Of a DNA stretch of 64,000 nt, positions 13,574-44,100 are shown one piece after another. The position numbers were made by a program, and so were the translations under genes. Below the pieces are notes generated by a model. It was given only the letters and a program-made list of their open reading frames with translations, did no database searches and was not told where the DNA came from. Source of the DNA: Tubulanus polymorphus (Eukaryota; Animalia; Nemertea). The DNA is taken from assembly GCF_964204645.1 (NCBI RefSeq), contig NC_134025.1:1364001-1428000 (forward strand), written 5' to 3'. Within the stretch, counting starts at the first letter, position 1. Each line of letters opens with the position of its first letter.

Positions 13574-14867
13574 TTGTGTGATCTTAAATAAATAAATATC
13601 CATGATTGAGACAATCATTTCATGCAAAAGACTGACATTGATATTGTTCTATAGTGAAACTCAGTGTAAGTCACGTTGTAGTGGCGACGAGATCATTGTG
13701 TTTATAACTTATACTTATAGTAAATTGAATTGCAAATACAAATTCAGTGACGGCAACTTTACCAAGTTTGAATGTATTACAGACTCAGTGTATGTGTGAT
13801 AGCAATATTCTGACTGTTATCAGTTTGAGTTGTATAGGTTAAAAAATATCAAAGACACTGCCGATGACTTCTGTGCGGTTATTATCAATTATTCATTTGA
13901 TTACATTAGTTTGTACTTAGTCAACCCTGGTTCGATACATATTGACATCATTCACTTGTAGCAGCATCTAATCTTAATATGTGGACACCTGCAGTCAGGA
14001 CTCGGTGCCACCTCAGGCCTGTAACTTGGACCCCCTTCTGGCGTACATATCACCATTTTGCCAATTTGTGATCGTCCACACTTCACATGTGTTCAGTACT
14101 TTACCTGAGATATTCTTAATTCCTGAAAAACAAACTATAAACACCAGACATTAGACACTTTATCTGCACACTTTCAAAAACTGATCGTCCACACTACGTG
14201 GTTTAGATATCACTCTATCTGTGTTGTATTAATCAGATGATTTTCTCTTCTCAAACACTTACTAATAACGTTGTTTTTCAGTAAAAGTCAAGGATATGTT
14301 TTTAACTCCCACTTCACGTGTGGTTCATTATTATTTTCATTTGATCATTGCTGTAGTATTAGTAACTGGGGCTGTGTTAATGTTTGTTTTAGCTGTTTTA
14401 TCTGAGATCTAAAAACGAATGCTTATTATATCCATGAATTCATGTGGAGGGAACGTAATGATTAAACTGAAGGCTATTGAAGGTTTGAGGTGGCTTTAAG
14501 TTGGGTTTAAGTCTTGTGGTGCGATCGGTTGCCACTGGCTGTAACTAGACATATGAAGGTCAATTTGAAAGTCAACAATGGTATGTGACAAGTCTATCAT
14601 TCACAAGAGCAGCCAGTCGCATCACGGTCGGTTGCATCATGGTCAGTTATATCACGGTCGCGGTTGTATCACATCCCACGAGGTAGAACATTTGCAGCTT
14701 ATTCCAACAGGTGTCGCTGTCAGTCATAAGGGTGCGTTATGTTAGAGGTCACTAGTGTATATAGAGAATGGCATCAGTCGTAATGCTGACCTACTTACCG
14801 GTTTTATCATTGTATTTTGATATGATTTACCTGCGAGATTTTCAATGATAAGAATGAAATACTGTTA

Positions 14868-14960
14868 AAGGAATCCACACTGTGTGGCCACGGTGAATCG
14901 TTATAGGAATCCACACTGTGTGGCCACGGTGAATCGTTAAAGGAATCCACACTGTGTGGG
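14868..14960. repeat. 36-37-bp tandem repeat, ~2.5 copies
   Basis: AGGAATCCACACTGTGTGGCCACGGTGAATCGTTA repeated. Confidence 0.9.
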
Positions 14961-16712
14961 CACACATATTGTAAACACATTCATTCAGTTGTAAGAATGA
15001 TAACACCCTTCGAAACCTGATTTTCTTCTAGATATTCCATTTATGAATGAGGAATGAGGAGCCCTTGCTGCACCAGATTTTTAGCCTCCATTATGAGAAA
15101 TTAGGTGAATAGTGTCTCTTAATGTACTGAGATTGATGTTAGCTTCCTTTTTATTCGCCACTCGTTGGATTTTGAGAAAATACTGGAGAGATTTAAATTG
15201 AATTTGAGAAGAAATCCGGCATAGATGTCCTAATGCATACTAGCGCTACCTGGTGGATCCTCGCTTGCTACAGTCGACTGCCAAGTCATCAGCAGATATA
15301 TATTTTTGTCGTCTAGTATCTGGTTGTATAGTTACTAACATTTTTTGAACCACCCCGTAGTAATGAGTTTTTGGACCACGTCGTACTAATGGGTCCACTG
15401 AAACCAATAGAACTAAAAGCTAATGGTCACATGATCTAGAAAATGATAGCCCGTTTTAGCTTATGATAAGATTAATGTATATTTTTTGTATTCAAACATA
15501 TGAGTTTGTAGAGATACTGCTGTAGTTCCTACAAGGAATTGCTTGTTAATTCAAAACATATTTTTATAAGCAGGAATGTGGAATATAAAAAAAACATAAA
15601 ATGTTTTTGCAATCGTAATTGTGCCATGTATGCGCGGTTTGTGTCTTATATTGATGAACTACTTTCTATGATGATTTTACCTTCAGCTCTATCTCTGTGA
15701 TCTGTTGCAATATTGTCGTGTTCTCATACGAACCATCGTCACAATTCAATAACTTCTGATTGGTTTTTATGTTCTGTTATATTCACCAGAAATGACTGTG
15801 TCTGTTTAAGGCTGTATTAAACGTTAGATCTAAATATTGAATTATTTTATGTATTAACGTCGTTTGATTCATATCTCTAGTCTGTTGTGATTGCTCTATA
15901 TATTTCTTATAACTGAACTTGAACTTGTTTTGAAAAAGAAATAAAAATATTCGTTCTACAAAGAGCGAATAATTCGACCTCGACGAATGTTTTCACCATT
16001 TTTCTACGACTTGCACTTTTATGAAGTCGATTTTGATAAGAGATATCGATCGGTAAGGGGAATTTATTCGCAGGGAACAATGAAATTATTTTTGTTCTTT
16101 TATCAAGTTATTTGAACTCTATACAAAAAACACATGTGCAAATCTTGTAATGAAATATTTATATTTGATGCTAAAAACATCCAATTTTGAACGCTGGGAG
16201 TTCGTTGAACGCAAACAAGTATTAGATTTATTTCACCATCGTGTGTGGTTTTTGTATCGTTATTCAGAAGCTCGAAGCTGCATTTTGTCCAGAAGAAATC
16301 CTATCTAAAATTCTACAAGTTTGTAATGAAAACACGTTTTATAGATATTTCTGGGTTCGTCATACTGGAAAGGTTAAAGACATCAGTAATTACTAATTGC
16401 AGGCTTAGAAAAGTTATGAAATTTAAAGTTTAGTGCGCGAAGCTATGGAATTTATGAAATGTGGTGTGGATGGTTTTTTCTTGTGGTTTTTATTGCGGTA
16501 GTACAAAGTGGCTGCTACCTTTTTACTGTATTATAATTTTTCGCTCATGATGTTTTGTTTGTTTATTATTTCATTCATCGTTGAAAAAAAGCATGGAAAC
16601 ATCTTTTACCGTTCCTCGTTTAGTAACTATGGAAATTGAAATATTTGACCATAAAAAGATATGGAAAATCAAAGGCTGCTGCAAAGAGTACTGACAGACG
16701 GTGAAACTTCTA

Positions 16713-17009
16713 CAGAGAGGGGAGAGGGAGGGAGAGAGGAGAGAGGGAGTGAGAGAGAGAAGAGAGGGAGGGAGAGAGGAGAGAGGGAGGGAGGGAGAGA
16801 GAAGAGAGGGAAGAGAGAGGAAAGGGAGAGGAGAGAGGGAGGGAGGGAGAGAGAAGAGAGGGAAGAGGGAGAGAAGAGAGGGAAGAGGGAGGGAGAGAGG
16901 AGAGAGGGAGGGAGAGAGATGAGAGGGAAGAGGGAGGGAGGGAGGGAGGGGGAGGGAGGGAGGGAGAGGGGGAGGGAGGGAGAGGGGGAGGGAGGGAGAG
17001 GGAGAGAAA
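16713..17009. repeat. Polypurine (GA/GGA) tract
   Basis: ~295 bp almost purely G/A. Confidence 0.95.
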
Positions 17010-17452
17010 CAGTATGTTTGATGGATGTTGTGGAAGTTCTGAGACAAAACTAACACAATCATTGACATCACGTCTAGAGCTGGTTAGAGAAATGTGATTG
17101 GAATATTAAATGGCTCGGTGAGGCTGATTGTTTTACCTGGTTGTCGACTTACTGTCTGCAAACTTGCACACTGATTGAACCCTCGGGAAAACTACTGGTC
17201 AGTTGCAGATGACAGGATTAACTAATGTTGTAGTTCATTTACCTGAGTTTCACTGGCAGTACTGCGGTATCTCTAGGGTGTAGTTTCTCACACCCTCATC
17301 TCTATTCATCAGTCTCGTGTCTTTTTAAGGTTTGATCACTTTGACCGATGATGAAGGAAGGTGGTTCCACGGGTCTGGACACCGATCTTCTCGTTGAGGT
17401 TGAGGACACAGATTCAACACTGATTCTCTCAGATATTGCATTAATTCGTATA

Positions 17453-17721
17453 TAAGGGAAGGGAAGCCGGCTGTGGATGGGGACCTCACCTGTTAGGGAA
17501 GGGAAGCCCACTGTGGATGGGGACCTCACCTGTAAGGGAAGGGAAGCCCACTGTGGATGGGGACCTCACCTGTTAGGGAAGGGAAGCCCACTGTGGATGG
17601 GGACCTCACCTGTAAGGGAAGGGAAGCCCACTGTGGATGGGGACCTCACCTGTTAGGGAAGGGAAGCCCACTGTGGATGGGGACCTCACCTGTAAGGGAA
17701 GGGAAGCCCGCTGTGGATGGA
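17453..17721. repeat. 40-bp minisatellite, ~6.7 copies, alternating TAAG/TTAG variants
   Basis: Unit T(A/T)AGGGAAGGGAAGCCCACTGTGGATGGGGACCTCACCTG. Confidence 0.95.
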
Positions 17722-19221
17722 GTGTGATGAAGTAATTTATGTCTCAGCAATGTGTAATTATGAACGGAAATCATATGAAGATGATTTATATCCAATGTTT
17801 CGAATCTAAAACTTGATAAAATCGTTTTATTCATCGTTGATAAATTTACAAGATCGTAAATAATGAAAAAGAGAAGTAAAGAAGAAGTGATAGAATATAT
17901 CTATAAAGTGACTGATGTGTCGAATGACAGGCAATTGTCAGCAGCATTTTTCAATACATCATCGTAATTGAAATTGAAGAATAACTGTTAAACTTTGTTA
18001 TAAAGTGTAGGTTGGTAAAGGCTAAGTATAGTTTTGCTGACGTTAGTGATACAGGTTGTTAGGTACTGTATAGTCAGTAGGGTATATTACCACTCCTATA
18101 GTTAAAACTGACCGACGGCGACGGCCTTTTAGTGAGTTTACTAACAAACGAGCCGTGCCGGTACGAGTCAGCGGTCAGCTGCTGTAAACAGGTCTTCAGC
18201 CCGCGTTGACCTTTCTTTAGCATATTCACCTGCTTACGGAGTAACCACTTGGTCAAACTTTCGTCAGCAGCGCCGCGGTCTCTGAGATGTTACTGCGTAT
18301 TCACATCTGTCTAGATACATCTTAACATCTTAATTAACTCAAACTCTGATTCATACAGTAGATGGATTTCACTACGTAATCTTTTCATCTTCAGCAAATT
18401 TGGCAATACGAGGCCGGGGGAGGGCCGAGGGGGATGGCGGAGGGTTCTTACAGAACCTGCATCCCTCACTGAGGATACCAGGCGGAACTTTTGGGTAAAA
18501 TTCAGTGAAAATCGGTAAATTCTGCATCCTGAGTGTATGATCTGAATTTTAGCTCACTTCACTCTCGATGATGACAATATGATACAGTATTAAAAGTGAA
18601 ATTAACTTCTTTTTTCAGAACTGAACGACTTGTGTTTTATTTGTAAAAAAACATATCAATGATTGAAGAAAAATCAAAATGTAAAAGTTTTTCCACTAAA
18701 CCTGAGATGAATGTTGTTTTATGCTTTCGGATATAATGAAGTTGGTTGTTGTATATTGCGAGAAGTAGAGATTGAAGAGATGCTGTTAAACCATTCTCCT
18801 CTTCATCCAGCTGTCCCTAAAACTAGCAGCGCTCTCACAACTGTACATGAAACGGCTTGCCGATACTAGCTCTCAGACCACCTTCAATGTAAACTGGCTA
18901 TATTCACCATTCTCCAAAGTTACCTAAATTAACGGAGCTTTTACGTCAAAAACGGACCTGGATAGTGATATAATAACTGAAACAGTTGTTACTCATTCAT
19001 TACTGCTGGTTACCTAGCAGTAACTAGCTGATTCATTTATACCGATACAGTTTCAAACTGATCACTTTAAATGAAATAAACTCTGTTTTTAAAATGTTTA
19101 TACATCACTTTCATCAGGAAAACTAACAGTAATTGTTGAAAATATTCAGTCATAGGCTTATTCAATGCAGGTCTGATAGAACCAGACATGGCACCAATAG
19201 CGCCCTATATGACTGAACCAC

Positions 19222-19355
19222 ACCCATTGATTGACCTATCACGGACCAGCTTCCAACACACCCTCTGACTGACCAATCATAGACTAGCTTCTACCACACC
19301 CTCTGACTGACCTATCATAGACTAGCTTCTACCACACCCTCTGAATGACCAATCC
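19222..19355. repeat. ~38-bp tandem repeat, ~3.5 degenerate copies
   Basis: CCACACCCTCTGACTGACC(A/T)ATCATAGACTAGCTTCTA. Confidence 0.85.
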
Positions 19356-19667
19356 AAGAACAGCTACAAACCAACAATTCAGATGAAAGACTGGTCAGTC
19401 AGTGCCCAGATATGCACACACTGTGTGGCTGGTCGTGAGTGTGACAAGCCCCAAAACTGACCAGACTATCACAGACTGACCCAACTACATTTGGATCAAA
19501 ATCATTCAGATGTTCTAAAAATCGTTATCTTGTTTGCTACAGCCCTAAATTATAGATTCACTGATATTTGTACCAATTAATTGAATCAAAACCCAACAAC
19601 TGAAAATCACGAAACAAAGAATGAAATATCGATTGTATTCAAATTCAATGTTTTATTTCTCTTTCAG

Positions 19668-36215
<16,548 letters not shown>

Positions 36216-39200
36216 CAAAATATCATCAGGTGACACGACGTAAATGAACCAACGGGACCAGCAGTTTAGAAGAAGTCTCCAATCTGTGTCGTCAAAGAGA
36301 TTGATCAATAACACTGCTGCTTATATTCAAAAACAAGCTCATTCTCTCCTTTGAGTTTGGCTTGAATAAGAGATGAGATATATGAGGAGCTCTTTGTGTA
36401 GAATGAATTATGAATCTTGCTTGCATTTAGCTTATATGCATTTTATGGTAAAGAATAAGGATACCTATATTACGTCATCTATGCTATATCCAGACTGCTC
36501 CGCGGTTATTCTATCATCAGTGTATAACCCTTGTTGTTGCTATAGTACTTTATAAAATGCTCAGTGTATGTTATAGTATGCGCTCTTCACAAAAACATGT
36601 TTTTATTAGTTCAATGTACGGGGCCTTCCTGTCTACAGGGTCCTGGGCCTGATTGTTAGATTTGAGACCAGCCTCTGAACGTCCTAGCGCAGGAACTACA
36701 AATGCAACCACTAAGAATCATTTTTACACTTTAAGTCATGACTGTGTATCTGGGCCATGGCTAAAAGATGCGATGGCCACCAGTAGTAATTCGATCGGTT
36801 GAACTCACTCGAAGTTTGAACATTGAAAAACATGTTTTTCTGTTGACAGTGTTAATGCTATTATATCCATAATTGTTGTGATGTTGTGAAGACAATGAGA
36901 TTGTATATTTTCATTGGAGATTTGATGGTTATGTTGTTGTACTGGACAGTGTGATAGCCTTTGGCCTTAAGTGATGCCTTGACCATATTGTATGTATATA
37001 TAGGAATGAATCAGAGTCAGGCTTACAGGTATATAATGTATAAGATCTGATTTATATGTACAGAAATGAATGAATTGAATGCATTGTAATATCGTATATG
37101 AATTATCTGATTGTATGGATGAGTGAGTTGTCATTATGTACCTTAGATCTAAATTCTGCCTTCTGAACTTACCAATGAAAAATACAGTATATAAGTTTTG
37201 TATATTGTTAATCATCAGAATAATGGAGATTGCCCCTTCAAAATTGCTCATTCAAAATTTAGGTGTATATCTTCAAAAATTATCATGAATGCCAAGGGGC
37301 GAGGCTGCCTTATCCAAGAAATACACTTTTCTTTTGGACCACACCTTCCTATTTCTTTCATCTGTCTCAGAATGTAGTGTTTGAACTGTGGGCCCCGGCG
37401 TATTTTGTCATATTACAAATTGAACAATGAAAATATGAAAAATTGTGATGATAAACATAGTTTGAATTGAAACTCGAAAAGTCTGAACTTGTTAGGGTTT
37501 ATTTGGAGTCGCGGCAGAAGTTCAGTGTATGCTGTACATTCTGTTGAGTCATAGTTAACTCTAGCCTCTTAATCTAGTATAGACTAGATTAAGAGTTTTA
37601 TTTACAATTTGTGAATTTTAGAAACATAAGAGAATTAAAGTTATATTGTCTACACCCATTTCCACAGTTTTGGGTTAGTATTTGACTCGGAACTCTGGAT
37701 TGAACTGGGTCTTGTTGTACGTAATGGTACATGATGATTATTCATTGTAAATATAGTGAATTGTTGTATAATAAGTCCTGAATTTTCATCTCACGGAGCT
37801 AGCTACGTAACGTTGTAAAAACCTTGCCAGTTATTTTTATTTTGTTGTGTAATGATATTTATCGGGACCACTGCACTATTGACAAGCTTGTCATAACCCC
37901 GATGCTTTTTTGTTTTCTTACCGTGCCAAATATTTTGTTATTTTGTTGCATTAATTTGCATGCGAGTCCCCGTGTTAAATGAATATGTATCTATCGCAAC
38001 TTTGATTTTTTTTTATAATGCAACATTAACCCGCTTGGCCCACGTGATGGGAAGCATGTTGCGTTGCGTGCACAAGGTTCTCATCGGTGTAAAATTAATT
38101 TCATTCTTAAGTTGTTGTATTTTTCTTTCTATCAAAAACAGATGATAATATATTATAGAATTGGATGACAAAAAAGTATGAAATTTCCACCAAACATCTA
38201 CCGTTCACAGCCCGCTGTTAATCTTTAGTGCACTCACTGACAGTGATGGTCACTTTTCCTGCCCAAATCTGATGCATAGTTGCCATCTACATTTTGGAGG
38301 CTCATTGAAAGTCTAATTCGCGCAAGTTTGATATTAATGGCTTCGATTACAAGTGATCTACCGAGTTGGTGGGGTCTAGAATTATACCATGTCTAGTGAG
38401 CGTACCCCGCCTATAAAATAGTACATATCACACTGGGCATTATGCATGAAATATTTAGTCACAGATATTAGCAGTAAAATAAACTAAATCGAACGTTGGC
38501 CACTTGAACAACTTACCAAGAATCTACAGTGTTTTAATTCTAGGCTGGGTATAGAGAATGGATGTTTCTATTATTCAGCTTAATTTACATTTTTGAGATT
38601 TTTTTTTCTTCATTAATTTGAGATTTATGTTGTATATTTCTTTTTTGCATTTCATGTCCTGATGTCGTCATTATTTGGCACAATGCCCGTTCGTCGATGG
38701 ATATTGTTGCTATGGTGCTCTTAAAATTGCTGGTATTATAATATAATGACGACGTGTTACTATAGAAACATAGCTTCATACAATTCAATACTCGCACAAT
38801 TCTCTGTATATTTTTGTAAGGTGTATCTAGTCTTTATGTATTACTCCGAGATGTAATTATAATAATAACAATAATAATAATAATAATATTAAGATTAATA
38901 GAAATGATAATGCTAATAATGAATTACTATGATAATGATATTGGTAGTAGTGATGATACTTGTAGGTTACCCCCTAATAGAACAGAAGGGAAAATATATT
39001 TGTAAATACTATGGATCTGTCAGAGTTTGATGTAACACCAGTCTATAACAATAATACGCCGATCTGAAGAACACGTATTGATATCATTGTTGTAAGGAAA
39101 GGTGTTGGTTGAGGGTACTTTATTGTGGCCAGTAAAAAAAATAGAAACACAATTTTTGTTATTTATTGTACCGGGATTGAGAGGAGGATATTTCATTTAT

Positions 39201-40374
39201 CTGTACCATACACTAAATGAATAAATAGTACATGTTTTAGCTAAATGAGAGCAGAGATATGGACCCGTTATTGGACTCACTCCAGTAAGGGCTGTTACCC
39301 TATACTATACTGGACTGATCTACGCTCGTGTTACACCGAGTTGCCAGCTTCCCCTGAAATAATAAACCAATATTTCATGATACTGAAAATAAAGGAAAGT
39401 TGCCGAAAACATTTTGCTGAATTTCTTCCTATTTGGTTCTTCCATCTCTGAAAGTATCGCTATATTTTAATGGTCCAAATTGAAAAGTTGGTACAAAATC
39501 TCAATTAACGAATAACGATGTATTTCAATGAAATGTTCACATACAGCAAACCTCGCTGAAACTCGAAACGAGCCATGGAATAGTCGGATTAGAGGAGGCC
39601 GAAAAGTAACATAGCTTTCCTCGTCATCAGAGTTACGCGATGTTTACTGTATTTCAGTAATGATTATTGTTAGTGTTGTGAATCGATGTGTTTCTATATT
39701 GAGACTGAGATAGTTGTATTCAATGTTAATTAATGACATCATTAGTCATTGATATTATAAAAACAATGTGGTACATGCATGATAAGAGATTTTCATAATA
39801 AACCTCATGAAATCTTGATAAATATTCATCAGATATCGTTTATTTTTGGTTTATTTTGTCCGTTCTTCCAAGAATTTGAGGATTGATTCATCTGTTGATG
39901 AACCGAGAACAGTTTAGTGTGTGGTCTGGGAGATATAGGTTTGGGTCAGAGGAATGGGGGCGCCCTGGGTTCGAACACAGGTACTGGTTCTTCGAGTGAT
40001 TCTGAAGCTGATAAGAGGATAATTTCTTTAACGTCGTGATCGCTATCTATCGGAATTTTGCTGAACTAAAGAATTTACGCGAACGGCGAAATAGTGTGGA
40101 AAATGTAACAGTGTGCGAATTCCAAGCGCCATCTATCGGATTCATAGAAAATTCGTCGAAAGCTTTGAATATGGTGTCCCGAGTTCGAACCCAGTAATTA
40201 CTGATGCTGAGTGGCACATGTCACATTGTTGTTTTTTAGAATAAATTAATGCATTATTTATAACATCGTGTTGTTTTCATTTATAAATGAATAAGAATGA
40301 AGAGGTTGAAGATAATGAAACGGAAATATTCTCGAGGAATAGAACCTGCAGGGTCAATACGTGTGGCAGTTTTG

Positions 40375-40695
40375 CAGGGACTCGAACCTGATGGCATCGC
40401 TACACTCAGTCACGGCACGAACCCCTGCCATAGGCGACCATGTGCGCAGTTACATGCGCACTATCCGAACGAAAACTGGCGGCACCAATCAGATTGCTTG
40501 TTGTATAATCGTTGAGGCAAATTTCAAGGAGGAACTATAAATGGGAAAACCCGGGCTAAAATAAAACTGGATTTCTGATTTGCTAAAAATCACATCATCT
40601 GAACTGCGCATGTATCTGCGACGGTCGATTGTGGCAGGGTTTCGTGCCGTGGCAATCTCGATGCCATCAGGTTCGAATCCCTGCCGGGGGAGGAA
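40375..40695. mobile_element. Same foldback MITE, copy 3, reverse orientation, one end clipped, upstream of MOXD1-like copy A
   Basis: Flanked by GCAGTTTTG twice (40366-40374, 40696-40704); the paralogous position upstream of copy B has a single ACAGTTTTG (47449-47457), i.e. the empty site. Confidence 0.9.
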
Positions 40696-40790
40696 GCAGT
40701 TTTGAGGTCAATTCATGGTGGTTGTTTATTAGTGTGTAATTGTTTCCTAGGCGGGAAGCGACTACTGAACGGAAACAGTCAGACAAGGTA

Positions 40791-40804
40791 CGCCCCCTAG
40801 TGGC
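40791..40804 (-). promoter_or_regulatory. CTCF-like motif upstream of MOXD1-like copy A
   Basis: Reverse complement GCCACTAGGGGGCG resembles the CTCF core CCASYAGRKGGC; duplicated at 47544-47557. Confidence 0.5.
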
Positions 40805-41156
40805 ACTCGCAGTGTTTGCTTAGTTTAGATAAAATAATATAAAAATTAAAAAAATAAGATAAAAGATACATATTTCCATTTGCTCGCCCCCCTATGTCCC
40901 TGAGGTGATGGGTATTAACCATAACCCCAAAAAGCCGATAAAATCATGATATCGATAAAGTCATGCGATACGTTTTAACAATACAGTGATGCGAACATCA
41001 TTCAGTGCAGTTACGCGTGACGTACGATGAAAGATTGCTCGATGCTGACAACCAGCTGTTTCACAATGGCTCATCAACCAACTGCATCACTGGCCTATTG
41101 TATCAAAATGCTGCCCTTCATTAAAACAGATATAGTCCGGTGCGATACGTATCACT

Positions 41157-44100
41157 ATGAAATACATATTAAGTATTTTTATATTATTTGGTGTTTTGTT
41201 GTTTTCATTGCGGGCGGCAGAGAATACCTCTAACTCTGGGAAAACGTCAGAATTTCCACGACGAAAGTACCTTGACCCGGAGAAAAAATACCTCCTCGAA
41301 TGGAAATACGAACAAACTGAGAGAAATGGCAGCGGTAAAGTTACATTTCGGGTGACGGTTCAAACTACGGGATATGTCGGTTTCGGGCTGTCCAGAAATG
41401 GTGGTATGAAAGGAGCGGATATTGTGATCGGTTGGGTTCACGACGGCAAAACGCAAATTTACGTAAGTTAATTTTTACTGTATTCAAATTCGTCAATCAG
41501 TCGCGAGTAGTCACTGCCTTACAACTTGTACTGATTCATATCAACCTCTCAATATTGCGAGAAATCGTGCGGAAATCTAGCCAGCTTTCCTCGCAATTGA
41601 AAAAACCTCCTAAATCTGGCCGCGAGCAGGAAAATGCAGCAGCAGGGAAAATTAGAGTTATTGTAAAATTATCTAGCAGGAAATTTGTGGGCTGGAAACT
41701 GTTCGTGAACGTTAGATACGGTCGTGGTAAACCGGGCGTCCGGTGCCCAGGCCTGTCAATATCAGTTACTCGTCTCCAGTTTCCGACATTCCATATCCTT
41801 ACAGGACATGCACGGTGTTGGGAATTCAATACCTAAACTAGATAAAGTGACCAACTGGAAATTACTGAACGGTAAAGAAGAAAATGGATTTACACAACTG
41901 ACGTTCAGCCGACATATCGATACTTGTGATAACGAAGGAGATCTCCCTATAGAGGTATAACATGCAGTATATAGAAAGTTCGTTTCTGATAATCAGCGAT
42001 AGTTTACATGATGTAAATTTCTGAAATAGTAAATTTTACACAAAAACGGAAATATTCATAATTATTTGGTTGGTGCGATAATCACACTCAAATGTGGTGA
42101 ACAGATGATAAGATAAAAACCCACTATATACAAATTTAAAGAAATCTTAAATCGAGAATTTATTAATTGAAACAACCTAAAATATAAGAACACGACGTTT
42201 CGATCTCAGGACGATGATCTCTTTTTATGGACTAAGGACTCATGGACTAAGCGGGTGTTATCGGGCTACCGCGATTCTCAACGGGTTTAGGCCCAATACC
42301 GGTATGTGGATATTTGACGGAAGATTATTTTTTCAGTCCGGTGCTCAAACAATGATATATGCATATGGCGGCGATGTTGATCCTGTAGATGTGACGAAGG
42401 TTTTCTATCACGGAGTTCAAAATCGAGGTGCAGCCTCTTCTTACCTACTAGACGATCCTCCACCGAGTATCCTACCTGAAACCGACATCAAAACATGGGA
42501 TATCCCGCCCTCAAATGTATGTCCATTTACGTTCTTCTCCCCGACTTCGAACTGTCACGAAACCGTATCGCTTTACTATTTTAATTACAGACAAAGATGC
42601 CGGCGACTCGTACCACTTATTTATGCAGAATCGTCAAAATCGACCCACCTGGTGGTAAAAAGCATATTATAAAGGTATGATTTAAATCAGCGCCCTATTT
42701 TGTAGTTGACCATGCGAAGCACGTTTGAATATCAATCATCATCGCCTTTCTACAACGAATCAAAATCAGTTTTTCAAAAATCAAGATTTTTCGACTTTAT
42801 TCTTAAATTCAGGTTTTTCAATTGAGTTACCGCCGGGTAAAAGATAGTACCACCAGATACATATGTTTTTAGCTCAGAACTTAACGACTTGATCAATTTT
42901 CGATTCCCTGGCCGTGAAAGCATTTTAGGGTGTATATATAAATGTATATATAAGTACATATATGTAAATACAGTAAATATTTCGCCCACGAGAATCTTTG
43001 AAAAAGGTTTACAAATCAATAAAATCAATAAATCCGAGGATTCATCGACTTACCGAGTAGATATATACCGAGTTAGGAAAGCATTGTACCATTCAGATAG
43101 ATTCACATTTCTAATTTCGGGTTTTAGGTCGAGCAATTATTGAAACCGAGAACTGAACAGTATGTCCACCATATGACTTTGTGGCGATGTAAAAAAGGTG
43201 TTATAAATCACGCTCTGATTTCCAAGGAATGTTTTCACGAATACAACAAGAACATCCGTCAGAATTGTTTCCAAGGTATGGCGTTTTTCGCCATGGGTAC
43301 GAGTGTAAGTATGTGAACCAACACCCCTCAAGACGTCGAAGATTGCAACAGATCGCCTGTAGCGGGGGGGGGGGGTTGACAGGTTCAAATCTAGCCAAAA
43401 GCCTAAAGAGCAATGTTGCAGCATGCGACGAAATCGCCCAGTGTGTCCGGGCCTTAAGACAACAAAGTAGAAAAGGAGATTCCATGGTCATTGTTGATAT
43501 GCGTGTGAGTACTGCCCTTCAACAGTGCCCTTAACAAGAGCTCTTTATCTAAAATCTACCATTACCTGAAGTTAATTTTGTAGACGAATCTTTGGTGAAA
43601 AAAAAACCCCGCTATGGGCGTCCCATTGCGGCCTTCGTGTTGTTGACAATTCACGAACCTTATTTCCAATAGCTCGGTATGACTACAATGATATTCTTTT
43701 TCGTCCAGTCGCTTACCTTTCCCGAGGAAGCCGGGATATCACTTGGAGCTGCATCAGATCCGATGTACTTTATGATAGAGACTCATTTTAACAATCCTGA
43801 AAAACGAAATGGTAATGATTCTATCAATAAAATTGGCCATTTTCGGATGTGCTCGTCCGGATAAAGATTATACTTTCTCTTTCGATTGCAGCATTTTGAA
43901 AGTTTCTGCCAATATTCTCCCGTCTTTCTGTAACGGTTTCTGAAATATTGTACTGAGACGAATATCCTGTAGTCCGCCAGAGCACAACCAAAAAGGGCCT
44001 TTAAAATATCTTCTTCCGTCGTTCTCAGATCAGAGAAGATTTAAATAAATGTTTCAGATTTAGTTGACGATTGCACTCTCCGCATCACTTATACATCTAA

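Noticed and set aside
6459-17721. Short tandem arrays (47, 34, 36 and 40 bp) as CRISPR arrays
   Set aside because: Units are head-to-tail with no unique spacers, there are no cas genes, and the context is eukaryotic.
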